A stretch of DNA of 61,390 nucleotides from a virus (lineage: Duplodnaviria > Caudoviricetes), in IMG/VR virus record IMGVR_UViG_3300027744_000020, positions 1 through 61,390 of that record. One strand, written 5' to 3'. Shown piece after piece: positions 43,746-53,105 of this stretch (within the stretch, counting starts at the first letter, position 1; each line of letters begins with the position of its first letter). The notes under the pieces are model-generated. The model saw nothing but the letters and a program-made list of their open reading frames with translations. It was not told the DNA's origin and made no database searches. A program made the translations under genes and the position numbers.

Positions 43746-45559
43746 ACATAATCACAATCGACTTTGAGACAGCCTACGGCGGTGACCTTGGGTTTGCCAA
43801 GCAGACCACTGAGGAATACATCCGCGACCCACGCTTTGAAGTTATCGGTGTTGCGGTACAGGTAAACGATGGCGAGCCGGAATGGTTCAGCGGTAGCCAC
43901 ACAGCCATGTACCAGTTCCTCAATGACTTTGATTGGGAGAATTCCCTTGCGCTGGCGCACAACGCAGTGTTTGACGGAGCCATCCTGAATTGGATATACG
44001 GCATTAAGCCCAAAGGCTGGTTGGATACGCTGAGCATGGCGCGAGCATTGCATGGCACTCAGGTAGGCGGCAGTCTAGCGGTCTTAGCGACCTACTACGG
44101 AATCGGGGTCAAGGGTAACGAAGTTGTCAACGCCATCAATAAGTTTCGCAAAGACTTTAACAAGGAAGATTTGGCACGATACGGCGACTACTGTAAGAAC
44201 GATGTGAAGCTGACATGGGACTTGTTCGGTTTAATGAGCCAAGGCTTTCCAAAGATTGAGCTACGCCTGATTGACCTGACCATACGCATGTTTACCGAGC
44301 CAGTGTTGCAGTTGGACAAGTTGATGTTAGACCTGCATCTTAAGTTAGAGAAGATGCGCAAGACAGAGATATTGAACAACTTCGACAAAGACACTTTGAT
44401 GAGCAACCCGCAATTCGCCGACTTGCTTAGATCACTTGGTGTTGAGCCGCCCATGAAGAAGAGTCCTACTACTGGTAAGCAGACTTACGCATTCTCTAAG
44501 ATGGATGAAGAGTTCAAGGCCCTACTGGAGCATGAGAATGCGAATGTGCAAGTATTGGTTGCGGCGCGGTTAGGTACAAAGTCAACCATTGAAGAGACCC
44601 GCACCGAGCGGTTCATTGGGATTGCTAAACGAGGCCCAATGCCTGTACCCCTACGCTACTATGCCGCACACACTGGACGCTGGGGTGGTGACGACAAGAT
44701 CAACTTACAGAACTTACAGCGCACATCCCCACTGAAAAAGGCTGTCCTTGCGCCGTTTGGTATGGTAATGATTGATTCAGATTCCTCACAGATTGAAGCA
44801 CGGACGCTGGCATGGCTGGCTGGGCAAGACGATTTGGTAGAAGCATTTGAAAGGGGCGAAGATGTATACAAAATCATGGCATCGGCTATCTATGGCAAAA
44901 AGATTGAAGAGATCACAAAGGATGAGCGTTTCGTCGGTAAGACAACGATTCTTGGGGCTGGCTATGGTATGGGTGCGGTTAAGTTTAGAACGCAACTCAA
45001 AGCTTTTGGAGTGGAGGTATCGGAGGATGAAGCGAAACGCATCATTGATACATATCGTCGAACCTACCCAAACATATCAGCGTTGTGGAAAGAGGCGGCA
45101 AAAATATTCTCCGCAATCATCGGTGAACAAACCACATCCTTTGGTCGGGGCGGCATTCTCAAGGTAGATGGTTCCGAGGGCATCCTGCTACCCAACGGAC
45201 TGCGCTTAAAGTATCCCAACCTACGTAAAAAGACAGACGACGATGGCGATGTTGAGTATGTGTACGACACCAAGAAGGGCAAAGCTGTCATACCCAACCG
45301 AATCTACGGCGGTAAAGTAATCGAGAACGTATGCCAAGCACTTGCACGTATTGTGATAGGTGAGCAGATGTTAATGATTGCAAAAAAGTACCGCGTAGTT
45401 ATGACGGTGCATGACGCCGTGGCTTGTATTGCACCGGAAGACGAGGCTGAAACAGCTAAGGAGTACGTTGAGTTGTGTATGCGTATCCGTCCGTCGTGGG
45501 CACCCGAGCTACCCCTGAACTGCGAAGCAGGGTATGGAAAGAGCTATGGAGATTGCTGA
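43742..45559 (+). CDS. polA: Family A DNA polymerase with 3'-5' exonuclease
   Basis: DFET exo I, HTGRW, NLQNL, motif A DSSQIEAR, motif B RFVGKTTILGAGYG, motif C VHDA. Confidence 0.95.
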   Translation: MNIITIDFETAYGGDLGFAKQTTEEYIRDPRFEVIGVAVQVNDGEPEWFSGSHTAMYQFLNDFDWENSLALAHNAVFDGAILNWIYGIKPKGWLDTLSMARALHGTQVGGSLAVLATYYGIGVKGNEVVNAINKFRKDFNKEDLARYGDYCKNDVKLTWDLFGLMSQGFPKIELRLIDLTIRMFTEPVLQLDKLMLDLHLKLEKMRKTEILNNFDKDTLMSNPQFADLLRSLGVEPPMKKSPTTGKQTYAFSKMDEEFKALLEHENANVQVLVAARLGTKSTIEETRTERFIGIAKRGPMPVPLRYYAAHTGRWGGDDKINLQNLQRTSPLKKAVLAPFGMVMIDSDSSQIEARTLAWLAGQDDLVEAFERGEDVYKIMASAIYGKKIEEITKDERFVGKTTILGAGYGMGAVKFRTQLKAFGVEVSEDEAKRIIDTYRRTYPNISALWKEAAKIFSAIIGEQTTSFGRGGILKVDGSEGILLPNGLRLKYPNLRKKTDDDGDVEYVYDTKKGKAVIPNRIYGGKVIENVCQALARIVIGEQMLMIAKKYRVVMTVHDAVACIAPEDEAETAKEYVELCMRIRPSWAPELPLNCEAGYGKSYGDC

Positions 45560-45681
45560 TGAGAGTCTTGTGGAAGTACATCAACAAGAAAACACGCGAT
45601 GTACATTTTTCATGGGACAGATGGAGTCGTGGCGATGCGTATGGGTTTTGGGAATTTAGAATACCAAAGGAAGATTTATGA
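45559..45681 (+). CDS. Small hypothetical protein (40 aa)
   Basis: TGATG and ATGA overlaps fill the gap. Confidence 0.5.
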   Translation: MRVLWKYINKKTRDVHFSWDRWSRGDAYGFWEFRIPKEDL

Positions 45682-46340
45682 GTATCGTATGGTCGTTCAG
45701 TAGCTTAAAAACATTTGAGCAATGCCCAAAGAAGTACTATCACACCAAGATAGCCAAGGATGTTGTTGAGCCTGACACAACGGCAACGCTGTACGGCAAG
45801 ACTGCTCATACTGTGGCAGAGGAATACATCCGTGACGGTAAGCCAATCCCGCCAGCGTTTGAGTACATGAAGGACACGCTGGATGCCCTCAAGAATTTAG
45901 AGGGGGAGAAGCTGTGCGAGGTAAAGCTAGGCTTGACCAAAGACCTAGAGGCTTGTGAGTTCCATGCCCCGAACGTATGGTGGCACGGTATTGCCGACTT
46001 GGTTGTATTGAACGAAGAAAAGGGTTTGGCGCATTCCGCCGACTACAAAACCAGCAAGAGTGCACGGTACGCAGACACCAAACAACTCGACCTTGTGGCG
46101 GCTGGTCTTTTTGCCAAGTTCCCCAAAATCAATCGAGTGAAGTCAGCCTTGATCTTTACGGTAAGCAAGGAGTTTGTGAAAGCCGAGCACCACAGAGAAA
46201 TGATGCAAAAGTACCTAGAAAAGCCAGCGATGGGTGTTGCACGGATTGAGGCGGCGTTAGAAAATGGAGTGTGGAATCCTATCAGTGGGCCGCTGTGCAA
46301 GTTCTGCGCGGTCAAACAATGTGAATACAACCGGAGCTAA
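45678..46340 (+). CDS. PD-(D/E)XK exonuclease (Cas4/AddB-like)
   Basis: WSFS.L..F..CP, GIAD, DYKT, C-terminal CKFC...C. Confidence 0.88.
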   Translation: MSIVWSFSSLKTFEQCPKKYYHTKIAKDVVEPDTTATLYGKTAHTVAEEYIRDGKPIPPAFEYMKDTLDALKNLEGEKLCEVKLGLTKDLEACEFHAPNVWWHGIADLVVLNEEKGLAHSADYKTSKSARYADTKQLDLVAAGLFAKFPKINRVKSALIFTVSKEFVKAEHHREMMQKYLEKPAMGVARIEAALENGVWNPISGPLCKFCAVKQCEYNRS

Positions 46341-46342
46341 AA

Positions 46343-46657
46343 ATGAAATTTGATTCAACTAATTACGTAACCAATGAATGGCAAAGCTACTACGGCGCTG
46401 TACGTGCTGTGGTGGATGAAGAAGGAAACGGTAACAGCGAAATCACAGTGTTGGAATTTGAAACACCTTCAGGTTTTTCGCAGTTGATGGAGGTTACGCT
46501 ATTGACAGGTGACAGCCCACAAGACGAAACCGTTGTTACGTTAGAAGATGTACACACAGTGCGCATAAAAATAACAGGCGAATGGGAAGGCAGTGAAATT
46601 ATGTATGGTTTAGCCGACTTAATACACGCTTTGAAACTCAAAGCAACACTTGAATGA
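46343..46657 (+). CDS. Hypothetical acidic protein
   Basis: GGAGCTAA RBS, 104 aa. Confidence 0.65.
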   Translation: MKFDSTNYVTNEWQSYYGAVRAVVDEEGNGNSEITVLEFETPSGFSQLMEVTLLTGDSPQDETVVTLEDVHTVRIKITGEWEGSEIMYGLADLIHALKLKATLE

Positions 46658-46674
46658 ACCACTAAGGAAACATC

Positions 46675-46953
46675 ATGCCCTACGTAAACAAACCTAGACC
46701 ATACAAAAAAGAATATGAACAGCAAAAAGCAAGAGGCGAATCTGATACACGACTTGAACGTCAACGAGCAAGAAGCGAGATGGACAAGAAGGGCGTTGAC
46801 CGTACTGGAAAAGACATCGACCATGTGGTTCCCTTGTCCAAAGGGGGGAGCAATGCTTCAGGAAATCTTAAGCTCAAGACCCCGAGTGCCAACCGTTCGT
46901 TCAGCCGCAATTCAGACCATACTGTCAAAACCAACAAGCCAAAGAAAAAATGA
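46675..46953 (+). CDS. HNH-family protein
   Basis: DIDH..PLSKGG.N...NL......NRS. Confidence 0.8.
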   Translation: MPYVNKPRPYKKEYEQQKARGESDTRLERQRARSEMDKKGVDRTGKDIDHVVPLSKGGSNASGNLKLKTPSANRSFSRNSDHTVKTNKPKKK

Positions 46954-48338
46954 ACTTATCAGAGTATGAGTGGCCTCGTCCCCACGGGTTCACACCGTTC
47001 GATCATCAGAAGACTACAGCCGAGTTCCTAACGACCAACAACAAAGCGTTCTGCTTTAACGAGCAGGGGACAGGCAAGACAGCATCAGTGATTTGGGCAG
47101 TTGATTATTTGATGCAACGAGGATTAGTGAAGCGAGTGTTAGTGATTTGCCCCTTGTCAATCATGAAGTCGGCATGGCAACAGGACTTGTTTAAGTTCGC
47201 AATCCATCGCACGGTGTCAGTTGCACACGGCGCGGCTAAGAAGCGCAAAGAGATCATCAATGCGGGGTCAGAGTTTGTCATCATTAATTTTGATGGGGTT
47301 GGAATTGTTAAGAGTGAACTGCTCAAGGGCGGGTTCGATTTGATTGTGGTAGATGAAGCGTCAGCGTATAAGAATGCGCAGACAGAGCGGTGGAAAGACT
47401 TGCGAGACCTAACCAAAGTCATACGTGGGTTGTGGATGTTGACTGGAACTCCCGCCGCGCAGTCTCCTGTGGATGCTTACGGATTAGCAAAGTTAGTGAA
47501 CCCCACTGGCATCCCCCTGTTCTTTGGGCAATTTAGAGATCAAGTAATGCTCAAGGTCAGTGACTACCGCTGGATACCACGCCCCGAGTCCAAACACATT
47601 GTTCACAAGATACTCCAACCAGCTATACGGTTTGAGAAGAAGCAGTGCCTTGACCTACCCCCTGTAACCTTTGTTGACCGTGATGCACCGCTGTCACCCC
47701 AACAGATCAAGTATTACAACGTACTCAAGAAGCAGATGTTGATTGAGGCCGACGGAGAAGAAATATCGGCAGTCAATGCCGCCGTGAAACTCAACAAGCT
47801 ACTTCAAATATCCGGGGGCGCTGTGTATACGGATACTGGAGAAGTCCTAGAGTTTGATGTATCTGGCAGATTAAATGTGGTGCAGGAAGTCATTGAGGAA
47901 TCAAGCCAAAAAGTGCTGGTGTTTGTACCCTTTACCCACACCATTGAGCTTCTAGAAAAGCACTTAAAAAAGCACAATATAAAGTGCGAAATTATCAATG
48001 GAGAGGTGAGTGTCAATAGACGTTCTGAATTGGTGCGGCGGTTTCAAGAGAACGAGCACCCCAAGGTTCTTATCATCCAACCACAAGCAGCATCCCACGG
48101 GCTTACCCTAACTGCCGCCGACACAATTATTTGGTACGCTCCGTGCTCAAGTGTAGAAACATACCTACAAGCCAATGCCCGAATTGACCGACCCGGTCAA
48201 GTTAACCCGATGACAGTCGTGCATATAACAGGCAGTCCGATAGAGACAAAGATGTACGCCCACTTGCGGGGCAACATTGCACACCACACAAAAATAATTG
48301 ATTTATACAGGCAAGAAATTATTTTAGAAAGTACTTGA
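46950..48338 (+). CDS. SNF2-family helicase
   Basis: QGTGKT, VVDEA, LTGTP, HGLTL, QA.ARI.R.GQ. Confidence 0.92.
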   Translation: MNLSEYEWPRPHGFTPFDHQKTTAEFLTTNNKAFCFNEQGTGKTASVIWAVDYLMQRGLVKRVLVICPLSIMKSAWQQDLFKFAIHRTVSVAHGAAKKRKEIINAGSEFVIINFDGVGIVKSELLKGGFDLIVVDEASAYKNAQTERWKDLRDLTKVIRGLWMLTGTPAAQSPVDAYGLAKLVNPTGIPLFFGQFRDQVMLKVSDYRWIPRPESKHIVHKILQPAIRFEKKQCLDLPPVTFVDRDAPLSPQQIKYYNVLKKQMLIEADGEEISAVNAAVKLNKLLQISGGAVYTDTGEVLEFDVSGRLNVVQEVIEESSQKVLVFVPFTHTIELLEKHLKKHNIKCEIINGEVSVNRRSELVRRFQENEHPKVLIIQPQAASHGLTLTAADTIIWYAPCSSVETYLQANARIDRPGQVNPMTVVHITGSPIETKMYAHLRGNIAHHTKIIDLYRQEIILEST

Positions 48339-48362
48339 CATTGTCAAGGTCTGTGATAAACT
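48334..48362 (+). promoter_or_regulatory. Replication-module promoter 2 with palindrome on the -35
   Basis: Perfect CTTGACA-T-TGTCAAG, TTGACA-16 bp-TAAACT with extended -10 TG. Confidence 0.7.
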
Positions 48363-48390
48363 GACCCCCCCGAAACAACTGGAGCTAACT

Positions 48391-48825
48391 ATGGACGCAT
48401 TAGAAGTTCAGGACGAAGTCACCACTCCTTCTGTCCCCCTAGACAAACTGACCGCTATCTACATCAAGATGCGCGACGCCAAAGATACCCTCACTTCCAA
48501 GTATAAAGCCGAGTACGCCGACATCGAAGAGCAGATGGCGTTGCTTGAATCGGAGATGCTTGCGATCTGTAAAAACATGAATGCCGACAGCATTCGCACA
48601 AAAGCTGGCACGATTGTTCGTTCCGTAAAGTCACGGTACTGGACGAATGATTGGGATTCTATGTACGACTTCATTGAGGAGACCGGTGCATATGGCCTGC
48701 TGGAGAAGAGACTTCATCAAACAAACATGAAAGATTTTCTTCTTGAGAATCCTGACCTTCTGCCGAAAGGCTTGAATGTCGAAAATCAATATACCGTGGT
48801 AGTTAGACGTTCTAAGGAAAACTGA
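48391..48825 (+). CDS. Conserved replication-module protein
   Basis: GGAGCTAACT RBS, coiled coil followed by S.RT..GT......Y...DW. Confidence 0.75.
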   Translation: MDALEVQDEVTTPSVPLDKLTAIYIKMRDAKDTLTSKYKAEYADIEEQMALLESEMLAICKNMNADSIRTKAGTIVRSVKSRYWTNDWDSMYDFIEETGAYGLLEKRLHQTNMKDFLLENPDLLPKGLNVENQYTVVVRRSKEN

Positions 48826-48827
48826 AA

Positions 48828-49751
48828 ATGAGCAACATTACTTTGTTGAACCAAGACCTCCCCGACTTTCTGCAAACCGCTGGAGTCAGTGAGCTTACAA
48901 AACAACTCGCCGGTCGCACTGGCGTTAAACGAATCGTCCCCAAAAACGGAATCTTCCGAAAAGTTGTGGGCGGTGAAGAGATGGGTAAGGTCAAAGGCGA
49001 CTTAAATGTTGTCGTTATCAATGCCTCTCCCAAAGTTGGGCGTATCTTTTACGCAAAGCAATGGAGTGCCGACGCTGAGCCAACAGCCCCCGACTGTTTC
49101 TCTAATGATGGCAGTGTTCCCGATGTTGGTTCCGTTAATAAGCAATCTGACCGTTGCGACTCATGCGAACAAAACATCAAGGGTTCGGGCATGGGCAACT
49201 CTAAAGCTTGCCGCTACTCACGCCGCATTGCGGTTATGTTGGAAGAGGACTTCGGTACTTCCCTCGAAGGTTCTGTGTATCAAATGAACTTGTCTTCCAA
49301 GTCTTTGTTTGGTGACAGCGTTGGCGACAACACTCATCCCTTTGAGAGCTACACCAAGTACTTGTCCAACAACGGTAAAAGCTTGGACTACGTTGTTACC
49401 CAATTGAGCTTCAATGAAGACAATGACAACCAGTCTATTTTGTTTACGCCGACTCGCTTCATCAACAAAGGTGAATACGCCGCAACCAGTAAAGCCGCTG
49501 TTTTACCCGAGACACAGAAGCTGGTTGTTATGACTCCGTATCAAGCCGATACAGGTCGTGCGCCAAAGTTGGAAGCACCAAAACCATTGGGCGAAGCTTT
49601 TGAAAAGGAAGACGCCAAAGCCCTTGTCAAAGCACGAGCCGACGCAGTAGATGAGCCTAAGAAACGTGAATCCAAGAAAGCTGTTGAAGCTGCCCCCGCA
49701 TCCAAGAAAAGTTTGGACTCAGTGGTTGCGGCTTGGACGGAAGAGGAGTAA
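48828..49751 (+). CDS. Putative single-stranded DNA-binding protein
   Basis: PDC.S.DG..P...C..C.QN..GS...KAC...R motif, acidic tail, position before the primase. Confidence 0.6.
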   Translation: MSNITLLNQDLPDFLQTAGVSELTKQLAGRTGVKRIVPKNGIFRKVVGGEEMGKVKGDLNVVVINASPKVGRIFYAKQWSADAEPTAPDCFSNDGSVPDVGSVNKQSDRCDSCEQNIKGSGMGNSKACRYSRRIAVMLEEDFGTSLEGSVYQMNLSSKSLFGDSVGDNTHPFESYTKYLSNNGKSLDYVVTQLSFNEDNDNQSILFTPTRFINKGEYAATSKAAVLPETQKLVVMTPYQADTGRAPKLEAPKPLGEAFEKEDAKALVKARADAVDEPKKRESKKAVEAAPASKKSLDSVVAAWTEEE

Positions 49752-49754
49752 CGC

Positions 49755-49994
49755 ATGACCTATGGTTACAGCCAAAAATTAGTTGAAGCCAATAAAAAGG
49801 CCGACGCTGAATCTTTGGGCGTAGCCTTGGGTCGCTTCTGTATAGCGAGGGAGATTACTGCTACGCGAGTGGCAGTAGAGCTAGGGGTCAGCCGCATGAC
49901 GGTTTACAACTGGTTTTGGGGTGCGTTTACCCCATCTCCTACCCACGCTGAACAGATTGAGCGTTTCATGGCACGACATAAAAAACATAAATAA
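49755..49994 (+). CDS. Cro/XRE-like HTH protein
   Basis: VAVELGVSRMTVYNWF.G...P. Confidence 0.8.
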   Translation: MTYGYSQKLVEANKKADAESLGVALGRFCIAREITATRVAVELGVSRMTVYNWFWGAFTPSPTHAEQIERFMARHKKHK

Positions 49995-49997
49995 ACA

Positions 49998-52850
49998 ATG
50001 TCCACATTTGATTTGCTAGATGCCGTGTTACCCACGGAGGGGCGGTACTGCATAGTTGGCATAGGTAAATATGTTGACCAGCGTTTTGCAAACACAAGGG
50101 AAGAAGCCGAGACACTCATCCAAGAGTTCAACACCAAGCAAGTCAACGTGTATTTTGGCTGTGCCAAATTTGGTACAGCAGACGACAGGACGCACGACAA
50201 CGTAGCCTTTGTTCAAGCCTTATGGCTGGATATTGATTGCGGCCCGACCAAGGGTGTACCGAATTCCAAAGGGAAGATCGAGGGCTATCTCGACCAGCAG
50301 ACAGGGCTGGAAGAGCTTAAGAAGTTTTGTAAGACAGTCGGCTTACCTAGACCAATTTTGGTGAATTCCGGCAACGGTGTTCATGCTTACTGGTTGCTTG
50401 AAGAGATGTTATCCCGCACGGTGTGGGAGCCATTAGCCAAGCGGCTAAAACAACTTTGCAAAGAACATGACTTGATCGTTGACGACAAGGTGTTTGAAGC
50501 ATCGCGGGTTCTTCGTGTGCCCGGTTCAATGAATGTAAAAAAAGGGTTAGAGGCCAAAGACGTAGTCGTGTGGAACGGGGTTTCGCCGAGGCTGTCTATT
50601 GAGAAGCTGCGTGAATTGTTGGGCGCACCCGAGCCGAAACAAGAAGAAGTGCCGGACTTTATACCCTCTGCCATGAGTCCCATGATGGAAGCATTGTTGG
50701 GTAATAAGGTCAAGCGGTTTAAGACCATCATGCTCAAGGCCGAGAACGGCTGTGCGCAACTGAATTACGTGTTTCAAAACCAAGCTGAGATTGATGAGCC
50801 ACTGTGGATGTCGGCGTTGTCTATCCCTGCTTTCTGTGTAGACGGAGACAAGGCGGCGCACAAGATGTCCGACCAGCATCCCGAGTACGACCCTGCCGAG
50901 GTAGAGAACAAGCTTAGGAATATACGCAAGCGCGGTGGCCCACACCACTGCACGACATTTGAAGAACGCAACCCCGGTGGTTGTGATGGTTGTGTACACA
51001 AAGGCAAGATCACTTCACCTATTGTGTTGGGTATAGAGATAGCAGAGGCAACCGAGGCCGACAACGAAGTGGAGGTTGAAACCGAAGCAGGTGTTGAGAC
51101 GCACCAAATACCTGAGTATCCGTTTCCGTTTTTCAGAGGTAAAAAGGGTGGTATATATGTTCGTCCCCCCAAAGATTCCGAAGAAGACCCCGTAATGGTG
51201 TACGAGCATGACTTGTATGTACTCAAGCGTATGCGGGACAAAGAGTTAGGTGAGATAGCGTTGTTCAGACTTCACTTACCCCATGACGGGGTGAAAGAGT
51301 TTGCGATAACCACTGCGGCTATTTCATCAAAGGACGAGCTACGTAAACAGCTTGCCCAACAGGGAGTAATGGCGCACCACAAGCAATATGAAAATCTTGC
51401 AACGTACGTTGTTACAGCAGTTAAAAATTTGCAATACATGAAGAAAGCAGAGCTTATGAGAACACAATTTGGATGGGTTGAAGGCGACAGTAAATTTATT
51501 ATGGGTAACAAAGAGATTACCAAGGACGGTACGTTCTACAGCCCATCATCGTCAACAACAGAGTTTTTTGCCGAGAAGGTTCACGAAAAAGGTGACATAG
51601 ATAAGTGGAAGGAAGTCTTCAACCTGTACGCACTCAAGGGTATGGAGCCTCACGCTTTTGGAGCCTTAACTGCGTTTGGCGCTCCACTAATGAAGTTCAC
51701 TGGGTTAAAGGGTTCAATCATTAACGTGATTTACGAATACGCCGGATCAGGGAAATCAACCATTCTGCGCATGTGTAACAGTGTGTATGGTATGCCTTAC
51801 GAACTTATGTCAATTGAGAAGGACACGCTCAACGCCAAGATGCAACAGCTTGGGGTAATGAACAACATCCCCAACACGATTGACGAAATCACTAACATGT
51901 CCCCCAAGGAGTTTTCTGATTTGGCATACGGCATCAGTCATGGCCGAGGCAAGAACCGTCAAAAGGGTTCAGAGAACGCACTGCGCATCAACAACACTTC
52001 ATGGCAGAACATGACTTTGTGCTCGTCTAACGCCAGCTTTTACGAGAAGTTGACCGCATTGAAGAATAGCCCAGATGGTGAATCCGTACGGTTACTTGAG
52101 TACAAGATAGAACCCAATGACTTGATTGGTGTAGCTAGGGGCAAAGAAATGTTTGACCACCAACTCAACGAGAACTATGGTCATGCGGGGGAGATATACC
52201 TTACATGGCTGGTAAACAATTTAGAGTACACCAAGGATTTGATAAAGAAAGTGCAAGCCCGACTGGATAAAGAAGTTCAGTTCACCTCACGGGAACGCTA
52301 TTGGTCTGCCACCGCCGCTTGTAACATTGCCGGTGGTTTAATTTCTCGTCACCTTGGCTTACATGATTTTGATATGACCGCTGTGTACGACTGGCTAAAG
52401 GGCATGTTGGGTGAAATGCGCCACGATATAAAGCCCCCACAGTCAACTCCCGTTGCCACCCTCGGTGAATTTCTTGATAGCCACCACATCAATGCTTTGG
52501 TGGTTAACGGTGAAGTAGATGCCCGGAGTAGTATGTCGGCGTTACCTTTGCAAGAACCTCGTGGGGAGTTGCTGGTACGTTACGAGCCGGATACTAAACA
52601 CATCTACGTAGCAGCCAAACAGTTCAAAGAATTCTGTATCAAGCAGCAGGTCAATTACAAAACCCTGCTCAAAGAGTTAACCGACTTGAAAATCTTTGTT
52701 GAGACGGTCAATAAGCGTATGTCCAAGGGTATGAAGGTTGCTTCCCCTGCTGTGCGTACGTTGAAGTTTGACGCATCGAATTCCGAGTTCCTGCGCATGG
52801 ATGATATGTTGGGGCTAAATGAAAATCGAGACCGTGTCGTATCAGATTGA
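49998..52850 (+). CDS. Primase-helicase (RepB/AEP-like primase + DUF927 ATPase)
   Basis: WLDID, SGNGVHAYW, RVLRVPG, Cys cluster, Walker A GSGKST, IDEIT. Confidence 0.88.
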   Translation: MSTFDLLDAVLPTEGRYCIVGIGKYVDQRFANTREEAETLIQEFNTKQVNVYFGCAKFGTADDRTHDNVAFVQALWLDIDCGPTKGVPNSKGKIEGYLDQQTGLEELKKFCKTVGLPRPILVNSGNGVHAYWLLEEMLSRTVWEPLAKRLKQLCKEHDLIVDDKVFEASRVLRVPGSMNVKKGLEAKDVVVWNGVSPRLSIEKLRELLGAPEPKQEEVPDFIPSAMSPMMEALLGNKVKRFKTIMLKAENGCAQLNYVFQNQAEIDEPLWMSALSIPAFCVDGDKAAHKMSDQHPEYDPAEVENKLRNIRKRGGPHHCTTFEERNPGGCDGCVHKGKITSPIVLGIEIAEATEADNEVEVETEAGVETHQIPEYPFPFFRGKKGGIYVRPPKDSEEDPVMVYEHDLYVLKRMRDKELGEIALFRLHLPHDGVKEFAITTAAISSKDELRKQLAQQGVMAHHKQYENLATYVVTAVKNLQYMKKAELMRTQFGWVEGDSKFIMGNKEITKDGTFYSPSSSTTEFFAEKVHEKGDIDKWKEVFNLYALKGMEPHAFGALTAFGAPLMKFTGLKGSIINVIYEYAGSGKSTILRMCNSVYGMPYELMSIEKDTLNAKMQQLGVMNNIPNTIDEITNMSPKEFSDLAYGISHGRGKNRQKGSENALRINNTSWQNMTLCSSNASFYEKLTALKNSPDGESVRLLEYKIEPNDLIGVARGKEMFDHQLNENYGHAGEIYLTWLVNNLEYTKDLIKKVQARLDKEVQFTSRERYWSATAACNIAGGLISRHLGLHDFDMTAVYDWLKGMLGEMRHDIKPPQSTPVATLGEFLDSHHINALVVNGEVDARSSMSALPLQEPRGELLVRYEPDTKHIYVAAKQFKEFCIKQQVNYKTLLKELTDLKIFVETVNKRMSKGMKVASPAVRTLKFDASNSEFLRMDDMLGLNENRDRVVSD

Positions 52851-53013
52851 TTGGTCAAAGTTTAGAGCCGGTCATTCATTTTTTGTACCCTGCATAGACC
52901 ACAATGCGGCACGGGAAACTGTAGCCGCTGTTACAAAAAGGTTGAAGATACCTATTGTTACAAAGGTTGTAATCGTGGAGGGTATAAAAGGTTTGCGAGT
53001 TTGGCGCGTTTAA
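52819..53013 (+). CDS. Small conserved protein ending the replication operon
   Basis: W..F..G.SFF.PC...G..GLRVWR. Confidence 0.7.
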   Translation: MKIETVSYQIDWSKFRAGHSFFVPCIDHNAARETVAAVTKRLKIPIVTKVVIVEGIKGLRVWRV

Positions 53014-53027
53014 TGTAGACTAATATC

Positions 53028-53105
53028 AATGGTAAGCAGTTGCCATTTGGAAGAGTTAGCTCCTTCCAGCCTCCCCTTCCCCCCGCCTATGTGCGGGGGT
53101 TTTTT
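53028..53105 (+). ncRNA. Candidate trans-acting small RNA
   Basis: Possible promoter TTGCGA(52993)-17 bp-TAGACT(53016). Two hairpins plus a terminator. Seed is complementary to the RBS of genes at 42421, 43299, 46343 and 48391. Confidence 0.6.
53080..53105 (+). terminator. Rho-independent terminator at the convergence of the two arms
   Basis: CCCCCGC-CUAUGU-GCGGGGG followed by U6. Confidence 0.9.
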
